From a virus: a DNA stretch of 64,000 nucleotides. The stretch is taken from the IMG/VR virus record IMGVR_UViG_3300023174_000063; one strand, given 5' to 3'. The notes beneath the pieces were generated by a model, which had not been told where the DNA came from, ran no database searches, and worked only from the letters and a program-made list of their open reading frames with translations. The translations under genes were made by a program, and so were the position numbers. Of the stretch, positions 50,633 to 58,306 are shown piece after piece (the first letter of the stretch is position 1; each line of letters opens with the position of its first letter).

Positions 50633-51431
50633 GGGACCTGAGGTGCGACGCTTTGGCGACGACTTGGCAAGAGAAATTTCAGGAAAGACACTTGTCGATG
50701 TCAAAGTGCTTACTGGACGATATCTCAAGAAGCCAATTAACGGAATCGAAGATTTTAAGGCGAGACTACCACTTTCAGTTGTAGGCACCGGTGTTCACGG
50801 TAAGTTCTTGTACTGGATTCTAGAAGATTGCAATTTTGTTTTTAATACATTGGGAATGACAGGGCACTGGTCCAAGACGCCGGGTAAACACTCTAGAGTG
50901 GAGTTTAAGTTCTCAAGCGGAGAAAGTGTATTCTTTGAAGACACACGAAATTTCGGCACAATCTCTCTAGAGCGAGGCAAGAATAAGTTCTACAAGAAAA
51001 TAAACAGTCTCGGTCCTGACATGCTGGTAGAAGATGTAACAGACGACGTTTTTGTCGACAGGCTCCAGAAGCATCCTGACTGGCAGATTACAAGTGCCCT
51101 CATGGACCAGTCAGTAATCGCAGGCGTTGGCAATTACGTTAAAGCTGAAGCACTATACAGGTCGAATATATCACCTCTGCGTGCTGTCAGGTCAATTACG
51201 CGGCAAGAAGCAATTCTTCTGAATAAATCAATTAAAGACATTCTGAGAGAGAGCTACAATGCCGGAGGCACAACGGTCAAAGATTATCGGCGAATGGATG
51301 GCTCTTTGGGCGTGTACACATTCGATCTTCGTGTTTATAATAAGAAATATGATCCGGCAGGTAATCCTGTTGTCAAAACATTAACAGAAGATAATAGAAC
51401 CACGCACTGGGTCCCTAACACACAAAAGTGA
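50625..51431 (+). CDS. mutM: Fpg/Nei DNA glycosylase/AP lyase
   Basis: N-terminal MPEGPE, HGKFL, LGMTG, DTRNFG, LGPD, LMDQSVIAGVGNY..EAL; zincless finger RTTHWVP.TQ. Confidence 0.92.
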   Translation: MPEGPEVRRFGDDLAREISGKTLVDVKVLTGRYLKKPINGIEDFKARLPLSVVGTGVHGKFLYWILEDCNFVFNTLGMTGHWSKTPGKHSRVEFKFSSGESVFFEDTRNFGTISLERGKNKFYKKINSLGPDMLVEDVTDDVFVDRLQKHPDWQITSALMDQSVIAGVGNYVKAEALYRSNISPLRAVRSITRQEAILLNKSIKDILRESYNAGGTTVKDYRRMDGSLGVYTFDLRVYNKKYDPAGNPVVKTLTEDNRTTHWVPNTQK

Positions 51432-51439
51432 GGCAGCAA

Positions 51440-51670
51440 ATGGATAACTTAAAGCTTTCGGATGACTCAATTTCTACTATTGCAAAGCTTTTGCAGATTG
51501 CAATTCTAACAGGAACTGACATCGTCGACAATCTTAGAATGGTGACATTCACTGTCAACGATGGAAAGCTTGTACCAACGCAGCAGTTTATAGACAATCT
51601 CAACGGCGGCATCAACTCGATGCTGGATAAAGTTGAGTCAATTAAGAGCGAAACAGAAACGGTCAACTGA
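51440..51670 (+). CDS. Hypothetical protein
   Basis: LSDDSI..IAKLLQ.AILTGTDIVDNLR; RBS-like GAGG. Confidence 0.6.
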   Translation: MDNLKLSDDSISTIAKLLQIAILTGTDIVDNLRMVTFTVNDGKLVPTQQFIDNLNGGINSMLDKVESIKSETETVN

Positions 51671-51678
51671 GGTTAAAA

Positions 51679-52047
51679 ATGTCAGATCGATTTGACGAAA
51701 TGTACGACCAGCAACGTGATTTCAACCAGCTACTGCATGAGCATCGTGGACAGCCTGCATTTCCACTAGATCTCAAGACAAAGCAGAACCAGCAGTATTT
51801 GAAGTCTCTCACACATGAGTGCATGCATGAGCTTTTTGAAGCAAATCTCCTGCTGAAAAACAGCAAGAAGCATCGTGCAACAATCGTCGAAGATTTTGAT
51901 CGTGAGTCCTACAAGGAAGAGCTCTGTGATGCACTGCATTACCTCCTGGGTATTGTCGTGTATTCTGGCATTTCTAAGGAAGAATTTTTCGAGGCCTACA
52001 TGAAAAAAGGCCAGATCAATGTTGATCGTATCAAGAGCGGGTACTAA
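51679..52047 (+). CDS. All-alpha NTP pyrophosphohydrolase (MazG/dimeric dUTPase/dCTPase-like)
   Basis: HELFE...EELCDALHY...Y..K..IN..R...GY. Confidence 0.8.
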   Translation: MSDRFDEMYDQQRDFNQLLHEHRGQPAFPLDLKTKQNQQYLKSLTHECMHELFEANLLLKNSKKHRATIVEDFDRESYKEELCDALHYLLGIVVYSGISKEEFFEAYMKKGQINVDRIKSGY

Positions 52048-52066
52048 ACCCTAAGGAGACCATCAA

Positions 52067-53026
52067 TTGTCTGATTCTAAGTTTGAGTCGCTTGTTAGTG
52101 CTCTGCTAGAGCAGCGTAAATTTTCAGATCTTTTCTATGACACCAAGAACATGTCTGAGTCGGAGCGAGAAGAGTCTTTGCGCCGACTAGCCTTGTGTGC
52201 ACACACAGCTGTCTCAGACATCGTCTCTTCTGTCAACTTTAAGTCGCATCTCAAGACGCATCAGCATGTCGACCATGCGAAGATGCTCTACAAGACAGTT
52301 GATCTTTTTAGGTACACATTGGCAGTACTCAATCTTTGGGATATTGACCCACAAAAGTTTGTAGATGCGTGTGATATCAAGAACAATTTTCTTCATATGC
52401 GTCACCGTTTAGATTCAGCGCCATGGGACGGTCGTCCTGTTGTTGTGTTTGATTGCGATGATGTAATTGCAAAGTTTAGAAGTCATTTTGATAATTTTCT
52501 CGAGAAGAAGTGGTCGATCCCACTAAACCCTGACTCTAACGAGTATTACAATAACGCAGGTCTTGTTGAGGCAGGTCTAAATCCCGAGATTGCATTTAGA
52601 GACTTCTTGAGCTCTGGGCAGATGCGAGAGCTTAAAGTAAATACAAATGTAGCAGACGCAATGAGAATTCTCTCTGATAGAGGTTACTGGATCCAAATTT
52701 TGACTGCTCGTCCTGCTGAGAGCCTTAATTGCTTCTATGACACATTTCACTGGATTGAAAAGAATGGAATTCCATGCAATGCCGTTGGATTTAGTTCTGA
52801 AAAGTACAGGTGGGTAAGCGAGCAACAGTTCTACATGGACGGCAAAATGGTCTGTGCAGTCGATGACTCTCCTAAGCATGCTGCCGAGTTTGCAGCGCAT
52901 GGAGTGAAAGCCATAATGCCTGCTATGCCTTACAATGCACATGTCAAAAACTCTGACACGCTCGAGCGAGTAGACTTTTCTCTGCTGAGCGCTGATGAAA
53001 TTGTCAAGCTTATTGTCGATCTTTAA
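52067..53026 (+). CDS. Fusion: degenerate MazG-like domain + HAD 5'-nucleotidase (NT5C-like)
   Basis: C-terminal VVFDCDDVI, ILTAR, K, VDDSP. The N-terminal domain parallels the upstream MazG fold but lacks the acidic residues. Confidence 0.7.
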   Translation: MSDSKFESLVSALLEQRKFSDLFYDTKNMSESEREESLRRLALCAHTAVSDIVSSVNFKSHLKTHQHVDHAKMLYKTVDLFRYTLAVLNLWDIDPQKFVDACDIKNNFLHMRHRLDSAPWDGRPVVVFDCDDVIAKFRSHFDNFLEKKWSIPLNPDSNEYYNNAGLVEAGLNPEIAFRDFLSSGQMRELKVNTNVADAMRILSDRGYWIQILTARPAESLNCFYDTFHWIEKNGIPCNAVGFSSEKYRWVSEQQFYMDGKMVCAVDDSPKHAAEFAAHGVKAIMPAMPYNAHVKNSDTLERVDFSLLSADEIVKLIVDL

Positions 53027-53036
53027 TAGACTCTTT

Positions 53037-53065
53037 GTGTAAAATTCGAAGAGTTGTGCTACAAT
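53037..53065 (+). promoter_or_regulatory. Early/middle promoter
   Basis: GTGTAA-N17-TACAAT with extended TG. Confidence 0.7.
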
Positions 53066-53086
53066 ATTAAAAAACGAGGAGTAGTG

Positions 53087-54067
53087 ATGCCAATTAATCA
53101 TGATCTAGAGCCGATTGTTCTTCCTATGGAGCTTAAGTTTGGTCGTCCTGTCAAGACAGAATATCACAATGCACTTGATGCACTCAAGGTTGAGCTTGTT
53201 GATGCGCCTACTCGACAGCAGGCTTGGAATGTTGCTTGGCACTTTGTAAAAGCCACATGGGCAGATCGACCTGATATTGACCCGGGTAGCGCAACACCGC
53301 ATGAACTCTCTAAGAATCTTGAGGATGTCTTTGGTGGCAGGACTCTTCCTGCTCCAATGGAGTGCCTAGGCTTCACCTTCCGGCTAAGCGGTCTATCCTT
53401 CCAGGACGTAACCCACATTATTCGTCACCGTGCTGGAACATTTGCGGCACAGTGTACGGGCGACAGAGACCTGAGAGATGACGATGCTGTAATTCCCGAG
53501 CCGGTGCAAAACTCGCCAGAGTTTCTCGAGCGCTGGAAGAAGATCGTCGATGAATCGAAGCAGCTTTATGCTGATATGACAGACTCGAAGGTCGTCTCGA
53601 TGATGGATGCTCGCCTCATTCTTCCAAAGTGCATGACGTCTTTCTACTATATGCGTCTGCCACTCAAGGATCTCATCGGCTTTATCTACCAGCGCCAGGA
53701 TAGGCAGATTCAAACAGCTGCCGACAATATCCTTGCAGTCAGAATGGCAGTTGAAGTTGCAAAGGTTTTGCCCGAGTTTACAGCTCTCGTCGACTTCAAT
53801 AAGCCCGATATGCACTACATTAAGACATTCCGAGTCAAGGAGGGCGATAAGTTTGTATCTCGTGGTACAAACCTCTACTGGCCTGAGCCCAAGAATGATA
53901 AGTTCGACTTTCACCCTGAGGACACGATCTATCAATGTAGGAGAGAAGAGCTTAATGGAACACACGGCGACGGTGAACAGAAGAAGTTCCTCCAGCACTG
54001 GAACAGCGGTGTCGCAGAGTTTGATGAGATTAAGACAAATTACGCATCATGGAAGGCAGGTAAGTAA
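53087..54067 (+). CDS. thyX: Flavin-dependent thymidylate synthase (ThyX)-like protein, divergent motif
   Basis: E...FTF.LSG.S..VTHIIRHR, DARLILP, F...R....Q; motif reads RHRAGTFAAQCTGDR; RBS GAGGAG before 53087. Confidence 0.75.
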   Translation: MPINHDLEPIVLPMELKFGRPVKTEYHNALDALKVELVDAPTRQQAWNVAWHFVKATWADRPDIDPGSATPHELSKNLEDVFGGRTLPAPMECLGFTFRLSGLSFQDVTHIIRHRAGTFAAQCTGDRDLRDDDAVIPEPVQNSPEFLERWKKIVDESKQLYADMTDSKVVSMMDARLILPKCMTSFYYMRLPLKDLIGFIYQRQDRQIQTAADNILAVRMAVEVAKVLPEFTALVDFNKPDMHYIKTFRVKEGDKFVSRGTNLYWPEPKNDKFDFHPEDTIYQCRREELNGTHGDGEQKKFLQHWNSGVAEFDEIKTNYASWKAGK

Positions 54068-54531
54068 TGAGTTTCGAAAGAAAGCAGTCAGTCTATCTCG
54101 CTAGCGGTTGGTTTTCTCCCGACCAGGACAAACAGCTCACAAAGCTCGAGAAGCTCTTTGATGATCGTTCAAGCTGGATTAATCTTGCATCTCCTCGTCG
54201 AATCTTTGTCTGCCCGCCTGACGCATCTCTTGAGGTGCAAGACAATGTTTTCAAGGGCAACATGAAGCATATCAGAGAGTGCGATTTTACTCTTGTCAAT
54301 ACAACTTATCGTGATATTGGCACGATTTGGGAAGCCGGCGCTGCATTTGCGCTTGATCGAAAGATCATTTACTTTTGTGAGAACCTGCCTGCCGGCGCAA
54401 AGTTCAATCTAATGCTTTCACGAAGCGGAATTAAGGTTTGTACAACTTTTGAACAACTTGAAGACTACCTCAATCGATGTGAAGCAGCAGGTGAGCTTCT
54501 ATATGAGCCGTACGACAAGGAAATTGAGTGA
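54067..54531 (+). CDS. Nucleoside 2-deoxyribosyltransferase/nucleotide N-glycosidase family protein
   Basis: VYLASGWFS, F..NM..I..CD, DIGTIWEAG.A, NLML. Confidence 0.85.
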   Translation: MSFERKQSVYLASGWFSPDQDKQLTKLEKLFDDRSSWINLASPRRIFVCPPDASLEVQDNVFKGNMKHIRECDFTLVNTTYRDIGTIWEAGAAFALDRKIIYFCENLPAGAKFNLMLSRSGIKVCTTFEQLEDYLNRCEAAGELLYEPYDKEIE

Positions 54532-54585
54532 GATTCGTCGATCTAAAACTGATCACAAAGTGCTATTGAACACAGGAGATGGTAG

Positions 54586-55569
54586 ATGAACGTTTTTATC
54601 ACAGGACATAATGGATTTATCGCTATCAATCTTGTGAGCGCCTTCAAAAGACTTGGTCATAAAGTCATTAATTTTAATGAGGCACGAAATCGTCTCATCA
54701 CAAACAGCAAGGGAGAGCCATGTGTCTATCAAAATAGCGAAGATGCATGGCACCAATTTTTTCTAGACACAAAGACTGATGTTATTGTGCACAATGCAGC
54801 GCTAGTAGGCACTGATGTTGTGGCACTAAACCCAGAAGAATCTACACTGAGCAATGTCATGGGTACTCACACAATTTGTCGCGTCGCACGAAAAGCTTCT
54901 ATCCCTGTGTGCTATCTGGGCACATCAGTCATCTATGACACTCCTAAGTACCAGAACGCTGCGATTACTGAGAGAAGTGAACAGCGTCCAGGCACTTTTT
55001 ATGGGGTACAGAAGTTGGCCGGAGAACATATAGTCATGTCAACTGCGTCTGAGTGGCTCATCATGCGACCACTTTTTGCTTATGGCGGCTTAGGCGATAT
55101 GAACTCTCTTCCTGCAAAGACATTTTATGCACAGCATCGAGGCGTTGCCAGCATTCCAATGTTTCTAGATCCTGAAAAGTCAAAAGACTACATGCATGTT
55201 GAAGACTTTTGTGATGCAGTTGCGCTAGGGTGCGATGCAGGTCTTTGGCAGCAAGATTTTAATATTTCAGCTGAGCTGCCACTCAAGACAGGTGAAATCG
55301 TCAACCTGATGTCGTCTGTTTGTGGCCATGACTTGGAAAAGATTATTAAGTGGCACCCAGAGACGGATTACCTTGGAAATCATATTCTTTCATCAGAAAA
55401 ATTTAGGAAAGCTACTACTTGGACACCTAAATTTACATTAGCCAAAGGGCTGAAGCAGTCATGGGAAAGTATCCTCGGCGCCTCTAGTCAGTACAACCCT
55501 CTGACGTATTTGGATGAAGCTGAAAAAAGAGGAGTGGATCTAGTTCAATATTTTCCAAAGAGTACGTGA
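54586..55569 (+). CDS. NAD-dependent NDP-sugar epimerase/dehydratase (extended SDR)
   Basis: VFITGHNGFIA, HNAA, TSVIY, YGVQK, RP..AYG, KDYMHVEDF. Confidence 0.88.
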   Translation: MNVFITGHNGFIAINLVSAFKRLGHKVINFNEARNRLITNSKGEPCVYQNSEDAWHQFFLDTKTDVIVHNAALVGTDVVALNPEESTLSNVMGTHTICRVARKASIPVCYLGTSVIYDTPKYQNAAITERSEQRPGTFYGVQKLAGEHIVMSTASEWLIMRPLFAYGGLGDMNSLPAKTFYAQHRGVASIPMFLDPEKSKDYMHVEDFCDAVALGCDAGLWQQDFNISAELPLKTGEIVNLMSSVCGHDLEKIIKWHPETDYLGNHILSSEKFRKATTWTPKFTLAKGLKQSWESILGASSQYNPLTYLDEAEKRGVDLVQYFPKST

Positions 55570-55823
55570 ATGTGTCAAGATATCAACTAGAAGATGTGTT
55601 CCCAGTAGGCACTCTTCTTAAGCTTAGAGAAAAATATTCAGTACCAGAAAAATATCGCATAGGCCCGCCCACGATATTTCTTGTTGTTGAATTGCTAGTT
55701 AGCCCAAATTCTCGTCGCCCCAATGACTCAGAGGTTGTGCTTCTTGCAGGTCAGGAAATTGTTAAATTTCCTATCGGTACCTGCCTTGATGTTTTTGAAA
55801 CTGTCTCTCATGAGACGCAATAA
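55566..55823 (+). CDS. Small beta-barrel-like hypothetical protein
   Basis: FPVGTLLKL...FLVV; GTGA overlap with the SDR gene. Confidence 0.55.
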   Translation: MNVSRYQLEDVFPVGTLLKLREKYSVPEKYRIGPPTIFLVVELLVSPNSRRPNDSEVVLLAGQEIVKFPIGTCLDVFETVSHETQ

Positions 55824-55842
55824 TTAAGAGAGGTCTAAATTA

Positions 55843-56121
55843 ATGCGCAATAAGCCTTGTAAAAATTGTAGCTGTACGCCACAAGAGAGCAGCACATGTC
55901 CTACGTGTGAGCTAATACTCAGCGAGTATATGTTCGCTGAAAATGAGACTCTCACCAAAGATGCGATGTTGCTGAAAATTTCAGCTCTACAGCTTGAGGT
56001 TTCAAGGCTTCTTGATCTAATAGGCCGCAAAGATCCCGTTAGATGTCCTTCTTGCAATGAAATTCGTGAGCGCCTAGAAAAAACATGCGGTAATTGTTTA
56101 CACGAATTAGGCACGCTATAA
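55843..56121 (+). CDS. Cys-rich (Zn-ribbon) hypothetical protein
   Basis: Four CxxC motifs flanking a short coiled coil. Confidence 0.55.
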   Translation: MRNKPCKNCSCTPQESSTCPTCELILSEYMFAENETLTKDAMLLKISALQLEVSRLLDLIGRKDPVRCPSCNEIRERLEKTCGNCLHELGTL

Positions 56122-56195
56122 TCATTTTTTTATATCAGAATAGTGTAGAGAATATTTACGCAGTATGACTACTCTGCTGTGTGAGGAATTAAGCA

Positions 56196-56948
56196 ATGAA
56201 ACTCTATCATGTTACGCCCGTTGAAAATGCCAAAAGTATTATTAAGACCGGAACGAAAAATAACACTAAACACAAATTTAACCGTGGTGCTTTTTATTTT
56301 TTTTGTAGCTTGAGACATGCAATAAGTCATGCCGTCGCTGAGGAAAATGAACACCGCGGAAAAAACCTATGTATACTGCAATTTGAAATGGAGCCAGACC
56401 CTGCAAATTTCAATATTGACACTGAAGCTAGTTACGAGTTTATTCACGCCTGGATCCGAAAGAATTCAGAAGAAATTTCTAGAGTTACCGGTTATAAATT
56501 AATGGAGCCGGCTAGTAAATTAACCGATAAATTTTCAGATGATCGAGAAGCGCCCCGATGGTTGTATAACCCAGACCCAAATAGACCTCCATCGGACCCG
56601 CGCTACGCCGCGCGCGGCCTCGTCGGCATGTCGTCGACGTACGACATAAAAATACCGCCCGACGACCCTTTTTTTTCTGCAAAAAAGGAAGACGCCGTAA
56701 AGGACAGATTATATGCATTTATTAGTAGCTTTCCACAGCTAGAGGCGTCAATGGAAAAATTTGCATTTGATCACCCCCGGGTACGTAATGGTGAAGTTAG
56801 GCTAGCACTTGCATATTTTGGTCCGCCAGTCTTTCCAGAGAAAGTATTGTCACCCGAGGGAGCTGAAATACAGCTGCAGCAAGAAGGGTTTGCTAGCAGA
56901 AAAATAGTCGTTGAAAGATGGCAGCGTCTAGCTGGAATCTTAAAGTAG
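56196..56948 (+). CDS. Putative ADP-ribosyltransferase-fold protein with scaffold-like C-terminal tag
   Basis: LYHVT...AKSIIKTG...GAFYF..S..HA..HA...ILQF resembles the H-Y type ART N-terminus; ends ERWQRLAGILK. Confidence 0.5.
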   Translation: MKLYHVTPVENAKSIIKTGTKNNTKHKFNRGAFYFFCSLRHAISHAVAEENEHRGKNLCILQFEMEPDPANFNIDTEASYEFIHAWIRKNSEEISRVTGYKLMEPASKLTDKFSDDREAPRWLYNPDPNRPPSDPRYAARGLVGMSSTYDIKIPPDDPFFSAKKEDAVKDRLYAFISSFPQLEASMEKFAFDHPRVRNGEVRLALAYFGPPVFPEKVLSPEGAEIQLQQEGFASRKIVVERWQRLAGILK

Positions 56949-56971
56949 ACATAATAAAACGCAAGGATCAT

Positions 56972-57202
56972 ATGAAAATTTGGGAGAGACATATTGAATT
57001 GATGAAGAGCGAGCGCAAAGAAAGAGAAAAGCTTTTAGAGCCACTTCGCGAAAAGTATGATGCTCTTTATCGCGCTTTGCAAGCAGAATGCTCTCAGATT
57101 GGACACGAATGGCATTTTAGTCACTTTAATGTGGGATCTGATGCATGCTATAAGTGCAATTTTTGCGGCGTAGGCAGAGTTGAAAAGCGCTCAGTGGAGT
57201 AG
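56972..57202 (+). CDS. Small hypothetical protein with Cys/His cluster
   Basis: RBS AAGGA; C...GHEW...C..C..C. Confidence 0.55.
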   Translation: MKIWERHIELMKSERKEREKLLEPLREKYDALYRALQAECSQIGHEWHFSHFNVGSDACYKCNFCGVGRVEKRSVE

Positions 57203-57227
57203 TAAATTTACTAAAAGCCTACACGTC

Positions 57228-57256
57228 GTGTAATGATTTGCTTTGCATGCTACAAT
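57228..57256 (+). promoter_or_regulatory. Early/middle promoter
   Basis: GTGTAA-N17-TACAAT with extended TG. Confidence 0.7.
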
Positions 57257-57274
57257 TAGCCTTAGAGGTAGATT

Positions 57275-57502
57275 ATGACATGTCACTGCGGTGAGAGCGG
57301 TTACTATCATTGCTCTGAACTCAGAGCCAGCCTAGATGAAGCAAAGAAGCTGATCAAACTAATTGTTGGATCAGGTTGTCTAGAAGGCTGGAACAAAGAT
57401 CGTCCTGAAGAATTTGCACAGGACATTTATACAGAATGCGAAAGAGTCTTGTCTCTTCCCACAGAGATTCAAAGCTGCAACGAAGAAGACGAACACGTCT
57501 AA
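57275..57502 (+). CDS. Hypothetical protein
   Basis: RBS GAGG, directly after a promoter. Confidence 0.55.
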   Translation: MTCHCGESGYYHCSELRASLDEAKKLIKLIVGSGCLEGWNKDRPEEFAQDIYTECERVLSLPTEIQSCNEEDEHV

Positions 57503-57513
57503 GGAGGTTCTCT

Positions 57514-57795
57514 ATGAGCGGCGGACATTTTAATAGTCATGGGTACATTTACTACCGAGTCAGAGAATTTGCAGATGAGCTTGAGAACGATATTGAAAAC
57601 AACGACAAGGAAGACGAGTGTGGTTACGCTCCCAGGTTTAGCGAAGAGACTCTTGCAATATTGAGAGAAAATGTTGAGCTCTTGAGGGCAGTCGCCGAAC
57701 GAATGCGTCATATCGATTACCTGTACTCAGGCGATCACGGAGAAGACTCTTTTAAAGAACACATGAATGAATTGGCCTCTCGCGGAGATTCATGA
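57514..57795 (+). CDS. Hypothetical protein (MSGGHF...DYLYSGDHGEDSF)
   Basis: RBS AAGGAGG before ATG 57514. Confidence 0.65.
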   Translation: MSGGHFNSHGYIYYRVREFADELENDIENNDKEDECGYAPRFSEETLAILRENVELLRAVAERMRHIDYLYSGDHGEDSFKEHMNELASRGDS

Positions 57796-58031
57796 TGTCT
57801 GTTCGGGACGTTGAGTTATACCATGCAAGTCTTTTTACTCCCGGTGATCTCTTCCATCTCAAATTAGATTTGTTGACGAATACAAATACTGATTTTTTTG
57901 TGGCGCCCCCCGGTTCAGCTGTTTTGGTAATTAACAAAGTAAACGCTGAAGGCACTGTCATAGACGTGCTGATTGAAGGGCATATGTGCAGACTTTCTGC
58001 CTCTCATCTCGCAGAAGCTCTGTGCGTATGA
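57792..58031 (+). CDS. Small beta-barrel-like hypothetical protein
   Basis: FTPGDLFHL...GSAVLVI...DVLIEG; ATGA coupling. Confidence 0.6.
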   Translation: MMSVRDVELYHASLFTPGDLFHLKLDLLTNTNTDFFVAPPGSAVLVINKVNAEGTVIDVLIEGHMCRLSASHLAEALCV

Positions 58032-58255
58032 TAAAACGAAAGATTCCTGGTGACAGTTATAAGATGACTCTCCCATTCGAGCCAGGCACAGTCTGGTATC
58101 TCGCAGATAAAATACCCTTAGATGAACATGTTATTGAGAAGGGTGCAACTGTTCTAGTTCTGCATAAGCAGCGAAATGTAGTTGACACGCTAATTGAAGG
58201 TCAAATACTACGCTGGGATGTGTGGTCATTGTCTGATGCAGTACGTATCGTGTAA
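58028..58255 (+). CDS. Small beta-barrel-like hypothetical protein (paralogue of the upstream gene)
   Basis: FEPGTVWYL...GATVLVL...DTLIEG; ATGA coupling. Confidence 0.6.
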   Translation: MIKRKIPGDSYKMTLPFEPGTVWYLADKIPLDEHVIEKGATVLVLHKQRNVVDTLIEGQILRWDVWSLSDAVRIV

Positions 58256-58278
58256 TTCTTGTGTGTTCGATGTATAAT
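58250..58278 (+). promoter_or_regulatory. Early/middle promoter for dnaE
   Basis: GTGTAA-N17-TATAAT. Confidence 0.7.
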
Positions 58279-58306
58279 AAGCTTATAAGCAAAGCATGGA
58301 GAAAAT

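Noticed and set aside
46924-51431. Eukaryotic giant-virus origin suggested by MBD4-like, topo II and zincless Fpg genes
   Set aside because: gp23-type capsid, contractile tail genes, Shine-Dalgarno sites, sigma70-like promoters and DnaE indicate a bacteriophage.
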